In this document: one piece after another, positions 52,246 through 58,910 of the stretch
How the letters are laid out: each line of letters starts with the position of its first letter
Position numbering within the stretch: the stretch's first letter is position 1
NCBI GenBank assembly: GCA_900320565.1
Contig: ONSR01000004.1
Span: forward strand, 9,647-73,646
From: an uncultured Prevotellaceae bacterium
GTDB taxonomy: Bacteria > Bacteroidota > Bacteroidia > Bacteroidales > Bacteroidaceae
Direction of reading: 5' to 3'
Length of the DNA: 64,000 nucleotides
Notes under the pieces: generated by a model
The model's database searches: none
The model's input: the letters and a program-made list of their open reading frames with translations, nothing else
What the model was told of the DNA's origin: nothing
Position numbers and translations under genes: made by a program

Positions 52246-53709
52246 TTTAACCAGAATCTTCTTGCGCTGAAAGATGTAGAGGCCGCTGTCGAGCTCATGC
52301 ACCTGCTCCTCCGTAGCATCCCTCATGACCAGTCTCCCGTCAGGGGTATAGACGTCGGAGGGGATGTTGCACTCGTCTTCATTGACACTCTCGACGGGAG
52401 TCGCATCCATATCACGAGCGGGGAACATCAGCATGAGGGCTGGCATACCGCTGGCTCCGTAGCTCTCCACAACATCGGTCGATGCAGTGGCCTGAGCAAA
52501 GTTACCCTTCTGGATGCCTCGCGTCGTATCCATATTGGTATAAGCCTTCTGGATGTTTCTGCGGATGTGCCCCATATATCTATTCACCCATGTATCACTC
52601 AAACCGCAATCGTAGATGAGCAACTTCATATACTGAGCATAGATAGCCGTATAGATGCCCTGTTCGTATCCGTTCTCGTACTTGAGGATACTGCTGGTGC
52701 ACATCTTGTTCATCACATAGTTGGCACCTCTCTGGGCATTTGTCAGATACGCCTGTTCGTGCGTCAGCAGGTAAAGCAAGCAGCTGGCACCGATGTAGGT
52801 GGCCTGATTATAGAGGTGGTCGGAGTACTCAGGGCCGCCGCCATGAATGCCGTCAGCCACCTGTCCAAGTGCCATACCACCGCTCGTTGTCTTGCGGACA
52901 AGAGTCCCATCTGCCCAAGCATATATCTCCTTCGCCTTCTCGAGGTACCACTCCTTGGTCTGTCGAGTGGGACGGGCTTCAGTGGGTGGAGTCCTCCCCT
53001 CTGGCACTAAGCGGTGAAGCAAGCAGGCCGCAATGACTGTCGGGAAGTTGATGCATGCCGAGCGGAAGTCGCCAGCCTTATGAGGATTGGCATGAGCGAT
53101 GGGCTGCCATTCCCAGAACATGCCTCCTCCTGATGCTCCAGGGAAACGCGCAGGGTCGGCATACGAGCCATCGTCGCCCACCGCTTCCGAGCCATACCAC
53201 ACGCGGCAGAAACTCTTCTCGGAATAGTTGAGGTAAGCATTCGAGCCGAAGGCCTCGTAGGCACGTGCCAATGCACACGTCCACCACATGATATCGTCAT
53301 AGACAAACCAGCCGTTGTTCGTGTTAGGATTGTCGAAGTCGAAGTTCACATAGTGCGCCTTCTCGCCATTATAAATGCTGTTATGTAGCCTCTTGTATTT
53401 ATTCGCGCGTGTCCGGTCACCCTCAAGTATGGCACGATTGTAGGCATTGATGACCATGTCATACATGATAGCCTGGCACCAGATAGCGGCAGCACAACCG
53501 CTGACATCGTTATCACGATAGCCATTGCCGCGGTGGTCGGCATTGGGCTGCTTGGTGTCGGCCTTATAAATGTTGCGTGTCTTGTCAAGGAACGCGTTGT
53601 TAAAGTCATCATAAGCCTTCCACTGTGCCTCATCGTCGTAGGTGACAGCAACCTGAGCACTGGCATAGCCCACGCATGCCAGCATGGAGAGGAGGAGAAG
53701 CTTTCTCAT
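52243..53709 (-). CDS. GH76-like alpha-1,6-mannanase with T9SS C-terminal sorting domain
   Basis: AAIWCQAIMYD and YDDIMWWTCALARAYEAFG are GH76-like. Tail VYTPDGRLVMRD...GLYIFQRKKILVK. Confidence 0.7.
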   Translation of the reverse strand: MRKLLLLSMLACVGYASAQVAVTYDDEAQWKAYDDFNNAFLDKTRNIYKADTKQPNADHRGNGYRDNDVSGCAAAIWCQAIMYDMVINAYNRAILEGDRTRANKYKRLHNSIYNGEKAHYVNFDFDNPNTNNGWFVYDDIMWWTCALARAYEAFGSNAYLNYSEKSFCRVWYGSEAVGDDGSYADPARFPGASGGGMFWEWQPIAHANPHKAGDFRSACINFPTVIAACLLHRLVPEGRTPPTEARPTRQTKEWYLEKAKEIYAWADGTLVRKTTSGGMALGQVADGIHGGGPEYSDHLYNQATYIGASCLLYLLTHEQAYLTNAQRGANYVMNKMCTSSILKYENGYEQGIYTAIYAQYMKLLIYDCGLSDTWVNRYMGHIRRNIQKAYTNMDTTRGIQKGNFAQATASTDVVESYGASGMPALMLMFPARDMDATPVESVNEDECNIPSDVYTPDGRLVMRDATEEQVHELDSGLYIFQRKKILVK

Positions 53710-53784
53710 AGTTATTGCTTTTTAGTGACCCTAAAACCTTAAGGTCATTGGCCTTATTTCTTTTTCTTACCCTTTGCCGCAGGC

Positions 53785-56016
53785 TTATATTCCTTGCTGA
53801 AGGAATAAGGTGCTGCATCGGCCGACGTGCCGCGCTGCTGGTTGGGCTGCGACTGCATGGTGTAGTCCATCTTCATGGCCATACTCTGCACCGTTGACCT
53901 TGAGAGTGCCTACATAGCGGTTCACGTCGCTCTGCTGAGGAGCAGTGATGACCACCTGCTTGCCATTCTCGAGATGGAGTGTCATCTTCTTGAAGTAAGG
54001 CGCACCAAGCACATACTCGCCGCTGCCGGGGCAGACGGGATAGAAGCCCATCGCCGTGAAGATATACCAGGCGGATGTCTGTCCATTGTCTTCGTCACCA
54101 CAATAGCCATCGGCATGAGCATTATACATACGATTCATGGTCTCACGAAGCCAGTACTGTGTCTTCCAAGGCTGACCACTGTACGCGTACATATATATCA
54201 TGTGCTGGATGGGCTGATTGCCGTGGGCATAGTTACCCATATTCATAATCTGCATCTCGCGTATCTCGTGGATGACGCCGCCATAGTAGCTGTCGTCGAA
54301 GATGGGAGGCAGAATGAACACACTGTCCAGCATCTGGTTGAAGACATCGTTGCCTCCCATGAGGTCGATAAGGCCCTGTGGATCATGGAACACGCTCCAA
54401 GAGTAGTGCCAACTATTGCCTTCTGTGAAAGCATCGCCCCACTTGAAGGGATTGAAGTTGGGCGCCCACTCGCCATTGGCCAGCTTGCCGCGCATCAGGT
54501 TATGGCTCTTGTCGAAGAGATTCTTGTAGTTAAAGGCATGCTCGGCATAGACCTTGATTTCCTTCTCTGGCTTGCCGAGTGCCTGACCGAGCTTGTAGAT
54601 GCTCCAGTCATCGAAAGCATACTCGAGGGTACGAGCTGCGCTCTCATTGATGCTGTCATAGGGAACATAGCCCAACTTGTTGTAGGTCTGCCACTGCTTA
54701 CGGCCGCTTGTCGTGCGAGGCAGGTCGGCATTAGCGCCATGCTTCACTGCATCCCAAAGTGCGTCAATATCATAGCCGCGGATGCCCTTGAGGTAAGCGT
54801 CGGCCACTACACTTGCGGAGTTGTTGCCCACCATGCATGCACGATGACCCGGCGCACTCCATTCGGGCAGGAAGCCACTCTCTTTGTAAGCATTCGCCCA
54901 GCCTTCCTGCATCTTCTGGCTCATACTGGGGTACATCAGATTGACCAGTGGGAAGAGGGCGCGGAAGGTGTCCCAGAAGCCTGTGTCGGCAAAGAGATAG
55001 CCCGGCAGCACCTCGCCGTTGTAGGGACTGTAGTGCACGACCTCGCCCTTCGCATTAATCTCGAAGAAGCTGCGAGGGAAAAGGGTGCTGCGATAGAGGC
55101 AGCTGTAGAAGGTACGAAGCCTATCGACATCGCTGTTGTCGTCCACATCGATGACACTCAGCACCTTGTTCCATTCCTGACGGCCAGCCTCGGAAACTTC
55201 CTCCAGACTCTTATTGCCAAGTTCCTTGAGGTTCTGTTCTGCCTGCTCGATGCTGATGAAGGAACTGGCCACACGCACGTTGATCTGTTCGCCGCGCTTT
55301 GTCTGGAAGCCCACAGCTGCAGCTGCGTGCTTGCTCTTCATCTCGAGGTCCTTACTCTCCTTGCCTTCATCTGCTGTTGAGGTGTAAGTGAAAGGACGGT
55401 CGAACTGCAGGACGAAGTAGTTCTTGAAGTTGCGGGGAACGCCTCCGCTGTTGCGTGTGGTATAGCCCACTACCTTGTTCTCGCCAGGGATTACCTTGAC
55501 GTAAGAGCCGCGGTCGAAGGCATCGACAATGACGAAACTCTTGCCCTCGGGCATGGTAAAGCGGAAGATGGCAGCACGATTGGTGGGAGCTATCTCGGTC
55601 GTGATGTCGTAGTCGGCAAGATACACCTTGTAGTAGTGTGGCTTGCTGACCTCTGCCTTGTGGCTGAACCAACTGGCGCGACGGTCCTCGTCATAGATGG
55701 GAGCCTCGCCGCATTCGGGCATGATGTTGAACATTGCATAGTCGTTCATCCAAGGACTTGGCTGGTGAGTCTGCTTGAAGCCGCGTATCTTCTCGGCATC
55801 ATAGGTATAGCACCATCCGTTGCCCATCTTGCCTGTCTGAGGCGTCCAGAAGTTCATGCCCCAAGGCACGGCGATGGCGGGATAGGTATTACCTGTGGAG
55901 AGTCCGCCTGTGGAGTGTGAGCCGACGAGCGGATTAACGTACTGCACAGGGTCGTCTATGGCGTAAGTGCTTACGCAAAGGAGTGCGGCAATGGTTGCCA
56001 GAATGAGTTTCTTCAT
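53785..56016 (-). CDS. GH92 alpha-mannosidase; the last roughly 25 codons are probably out of frame
   Basis: VNPLVGSHSTGG...TYPAIAVPWGMNFWTPQT and GDEDNGQTSAWYIFTAMGFYPVCPG. See the finding on the 3' end. Confidence 0.8.
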   Translation of the reverse strand: MKKLILATIAALLCVSTYAIDDPVQYVNPLVGSHSTGGLSTGNTYPAIAVPWGMNFWTPQTGKMGNGWCYTYDAEKIRGFKQTHQPSPWMNDYAMFNIMPECGEAPIYDEDRRASWFSHKAEVSKPHYYKVYLADYDITTEIAPTNRAAIFRFTMPEGKSFVIVDAFDRGSYVKVIPGENKVVGYTTRNSGGVPRNFKNYFVLQFDRPFTYTSTADEGKESKDLEMKSKHAAAAVGFQTKRGEQINVRVASSFISIEQAEQNLKELGNKSLEEVSEAGRQEWNKVLSVIDVDDNSDVDRLRTFYSCLYRSTLFPRSFFEINAKGEVVHYSPYNGEVLPGYLFADTGFWDTFRALFPLVNLMYPSMSQKMQEGWANAYKESGFLPEWSAPGHRACMVGNNSASVVADAYLKGIRGYDIDALWDAVKHGANADLPRTTSGRKQWQTYNKLGYVPYDSINESAARTLEYAFDDWSIYKLGQALGKPEKEIKVYAEHAFNYKNLFDKSHNLMRGKLANGEWAPNFNPFKWGDAFTEGNSWHYSWSVFHDPQGLIDLMGGNDVFNQMLDSVFILPPIFDDSYYGGVIHEIREMQIMNMGNYAHGNQPIQHMIYMYAYSGQPWKTQYWLRETMNRMYNAHADGYCGDEDNGQTSAWYIFTAMGFYPVCPGSGEYVLGAPYFKKMTLHLENGKQVVITAPQQSDVNRYVGTLKVNGAEYGHEDGLHHAVAAQPAARHVGRCSTLFLQQGI

Positions 56017-56030
56017 TGTGTTTTGCTTTT

Positions 56031-56062
56031 TAGGATGTCCTAGGCTTTCTTAGGAAACCTAG
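56031..56062. repeat. 10-bp phased CCTAGG array (3 units), DUF1080-GH92 spacer
   Basis: taggatgtcc taggctttct taggaaacct ag. Confidence 0.85.
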
Positions 56063-56064
56063 TA

Positions 56065-56823
56065 TTACAGTTCCTTAATCTTTACGTTCTTGTACCAAAC
56101 CTCGTCGCCGTGGTCCTGCAGGAGGATGCGGCCGTCGCGATTGCCGAAGTCGGGCCAGTTCTTATACTTGCTGTAGGCCACGAGTGCATTCCACTCTTGG
56201 GTGTTGCGCTCGTACTCAAGCAGCTTCACGCCATTGAGCCAGTGCTCTACATGGTTACCCTTCACGATGACCATGGCGGTGTTCCATGCAGTGATGTCGA
56301 AAGGCTTCTGCTCGGGAGCGGGGATGAGGTCATAGAGCGAGCCGAGCTTGCGATTGCCCTTCACGCCAAGCTTGGCATCGGGATGACGCAGGTCGTCGAG
56401 CACCTGGAACTCGCAGCCGATGGCACTGCCTTCGCCCTGGTTCATGTCGGGATCGACGAAGTACTTGATGCCGCTGTTGGCGCCCTCGGTAATCTTGAAA
56501 TCAACCTTGAGGATGAAGTTGTGGTAGATCTTGTCGGTCACGATGTCGCCGCCATTGCCGCTCTCGGCGCCATTGGCTTTCTCGACCTTGAGCACACCGT
56601 CCTCGATGCGCCATCCCTTTTGGGGGAAGGTCTGCAGCTTTGCACCGCGCCAGCCATTGGTTGTCTTGCCGTCCCAAAGGAGTTTCCAGCCTTCGCGCTG
56701 CTCCTGTTCTGTGAGCACGTTATCAGTCGTTGGCACGGGAGCAGGCTGTTCTACTACTTTCTTTACTTTTGCAGATGCAGGCAGAATGGCCAGCATCATC
56801 ATAGCTAATACTATCTTTTTCAT
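56065..56823 (-). CDS. DUF1080 (3-keto-disaccharide hydrolase family) protein with signal peptide
   Basis: [16 protein letters not shown]...[10 protein letters not shown]...NSGIKY...[13 protein letters not shown] pattern. Confidence 0.75.
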   Translation of the reverse strand: MKKIVLAMMMLAILPASAKVKKVVEQPAPVPTTDNVLTEQEQREGWKLLWDGKTTNGWRGAKLQTFPQKGWRIEDGVLKVEKANGAESGNGGDIVTDKIYHNFILKVDFKITEGANSGIKYFVDPDMNQGEGSAIGCEFQVLDDLRHPDAKLGVKGNRKLGSLYDLIPAPEQKPFDITAWNTAMVIVKGNHVEHWLNGVKLLEYERNTQEWNALVAYSKYKNWPDFGNRDGRILLQDHGDEVWYKNVKIKEL

Positions 56824-56840
56824 TGTGTTTGTTTATTTAT

Positions 56841-56890
56841 AGGAGGCCCTAGGAAGTCCTAGGCTTTCCTAGGATGTCCTAGAATGTCCT
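56841..56890. repeat. 10-bp phased CCTAGG array (5 units), oxidoreductase-DUF1080 spacer
   Basis: aggaggccct aggaagtcct aggctttcct aggatgtcct agaatgtcct. Confidence 0.9.
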
Positions 56891-56893
56891 TGT

Positions 56894-58324
56894 TTAGTCA
56901 ATCTTATAGAACTCTTCCCATCCTCTGCGAGGAGGCATGCCGCTGAGCATAGCGTTGGCGAACTCGTTGTTGGTGAACTTCTTTGTCCTTGGATCGAAGA
57001 AGAGCTGGGTGTTCAGGCGCTGGGCGATGACACCGAGGCAGAAGACCTGGCACAGCACACCTGCAATCTGGAACGGAGAACGCGTCTTCTCTTCTCCCTT
57101 GCAGGCACGCAGGAAGTTGACATAATGGTTGCTCGGGCTCTTGGGAACCTCGGGCAGTTTGTCCTTCATGGCTTCTGCCTTCTCCTTCGGGATAATCTCG
57201 AGCGTGCTGCCGTGGCTGGCTCCCTTGAAGGTAAGGTCGCGTCCGTAGATAATCTTACCTGGGTTGAGCTTCTGCTTCGTGTATTCGCCCTGACCGCTTG
57301 CGGGGATGCCGTCGGCCAACTTACTCTCGCCATATCCTTCGGGCAATGGGGGCAGGTTGTCCGTGCCGTCGTACCAGATGACGTCGCAAGGAGGCATGTT
57401 GCCACGAGCGCCGAAGCGGAACTCGATGGTGCTGCTGAAGGGATAGAAGAACTCATTGTGGTTCTTCGCGTACTTCATGTTGATTTCGTAGGGCAGGCCG
57501 AGGTTGAGGAACTCGTGAACCGTGTCGAGCAGATGGGCTCCCCAGTCGCCAAGAGCTCCCATTCCAAAGTCGTACCAGCTACGCCAATCGCCCTGATGAT
57601 AGAGCTTGCTGAAGTTGTGGTAGCGGATGCCTCCGTGCCAGGTGTCATAGTCCATACCTTCGGGGATAGGATCGCCCTCGGGCATCTTGGTCATGTTCCA
57701 GTCGTACTTGTGCCAACGACGGTCGTTGTTCATATGAGCCACCACCTTGGTCACGTCCTTGATGATGCCAGCTTCCTGCCAAGCTTTGAACTGGAAGTAG
57801 TTAGCCTCGGAGTGTCCCTGGTTGCCCACCTGAGTGGCGAGTTCGGGGTGACGGTTAGCCATCTCGATGAGGATTTCGCCCTCCTGGAAAGTACGGATAA
57901 GGGGTTTCTCGCAATAGACATGCTTGCCGTGCTTCATGGCAGCCATGCAGACGAAGAAGTGCGTATGGTCGGGCACACTGACAGCCACAGCGTCGAAGTG
58001 GTCGCTATACTCGTCGAAGAGTTTGCGGAAGTCCGTGTAACGCTTGGCATTGGGATACATCTTCAATGCCTTCTCGCACTGCTTGCCCTTCAGATCGACG
58101 TCGCAGAGAGCCACGACATCCACCATGTTTGTCTTGGCGAACTCGTCGATGTTCTGCTGACCGCGATTACCGATACCGATGTAGGCAATCCTTACTTTCT
58201 CATTCTTAGGCTCTGGAGCAGGCTGCACCTTTTTCTTCTTGGCAGCCAACATCGAACCGGGAGCCACAGCCAAACCAGCCGTAGCCAGTCCCATTCCCTT
58301 AAGGAAATCTCTTCTTGTTGACAT
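56894..58324 (-). CDS. Gfo/Idh/MocA family oxidoreductase with twin-arginine signal
   Basis: MSTRRDFLKGMGLATAGLAVA TAT signal. IAYIGIGNRGQ Rossmann start. VYCEKPL. Confidence 0.85.
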   Translation of the reverse strand: MSTRRDFLKGMGLATAGLAVAPGSMLAAKKKKVQPAPEPKNEKVRIAYIGIGNRGQQNIDEFAKTNMVDVVALCDVDLKGKQCEKALKMYPNAKRYTDFRKLFDEYSDHFDAVAVSVPDHTHFFVCMAAMKHGKHVYCEKPLIRTFQEGEILIEMANRHPELATQVGNQGHSEANYFQFKAWQEAGIIKDVTKVVAHMNNDRRWHKYDWNMTKMPEGDPIPEGMDYDTWHGGIRYHNFSKLYHQGDWRSWYDFGMGALGDWGAHLLDTVHEFLNLGLPYEINMKYAKNHNEFFYPFSSTIEFRFGARGNMPPCDVIWYDGTDNLPPLPEGYGESKLADGIPASGQGEYTKQKLNPGKIIYGRDLTFKGASHGSTLEIIPKEKAEAMKDKLPEVPKSPSNHYVNFLRACKGEEKTRSPFQIAGVLCQVFCLGVIAQRLNTQLFFDPRTKKFTNNEFANAMLSGMPPRRGWEEFYKID

Positions 58325-58365
58325 AAAATTACGCTATTTATTGTGAATTTTATACTTTTTGCGCA

Positions 58366-58373
58366 CAAATATA
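58366..58373 (-). promoter_or_regulatory. -7 box TAtaTTTG (Gfo/Idh/MocA-DUF1080-GH92 operon)
   Basis: The reverse complement of caaatata lies 42 nt upstream of the start at 58324. Confidence 0.55.
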
Positions 58374-58461
58374 GTAAAAATAATCGCACAAACAAATGTT
58401 TCCTTGTTAAAAAATGTGCAAGATGGCTTATTTTTCATATTCAGCCTGCATAAAGGAGCAA

Positions 58462-58552
58462 AACATCCCCTATAGGGGAAATGCAAACGCCCTATAGGGG
58501 AATGACAATCCCTCCATAGGGGAATCGCAATTCCCCTATAGGGCGTTGAACG
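58462..58552. repeat. 22-bp phased array of CCCCTATAGGGG palindromes (4 units)
   Basis: Centres at 58472/73, 58494/95, 58516/17 and 58538/39. Unit aaacgccctataggggaatg nearly matches unit caacgccctataggggaatg at 52178. Confidence 0.9.
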
Positions 58553-58605
58553 GCCCGAAACGCCGCCTTGAGATATGTCCCCTAAGTCTTTGAGTAAGGA
58601 GCCAT

Positions 58606-58642
58606 AAAGAAGGGAGGTGCCTACTCTGTGGCACCTCCCTTC
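58606..58642 (-). terminator. hairpin after the 52-aa small ORF
   Basis: 13-bp stem gaagggaggtgcc / ggcacctcccttc. Weak T tract (ttta) on the minus strand. Confidence 0.5.
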
Positions 58643-58667
58643 CTATATAGAACAGATGAGTTGTGAA

Positions 58668-58826
58668 TCACCAGCCAAAGTCCCAGCCGTCTTCGCCGAC
58701 GGCTTCTTCTTTGACGAATTCCTCGTTGCCGGGTTCGTCCGACATCTGTATGCTTGTTACCAGAAGTGCATCAGCCACCTCGGCCATGTCCACCTTTACG
58801 ATGGGTGAAATATATGTCTTTTTCAT
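58668..58826 (-). CDS. small ORF (52 aa), paralog of 63039..63218; not in ORF track
   Basis: My translation: MKKTYISPIVKVDMAEVADALLVTSIQMSDEPGNEEFVKEEAVGEDGWDFGW*. The ATG lies 1 nt after the upstream stop, and a hairpin follows the ORF. Confidence 0.45.
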   Translation of the reverse strand: MKKTYISPIVKVDMAEVADALLVTSIQMSDEPGNEEFVKEEAVGEDGWDFGW

Positions 58827-58910
58827 CTTACTTGAGTATCTTTTTGCCGTTAATGATGTTGACGCCTTTCTGCATCTTGTTCATGCGCTGACCTGCAAGG
58901 TTGTAGATGG
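58807..58910. repeat. about 104-bp dispersed duplicate (partner 63199..63302): CTD end, stop codon, start of small ORF
   Basis: Collinear by eye with roughly one mismatch per ten bases over the first 85 bp or so. Confidence 0.8.
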
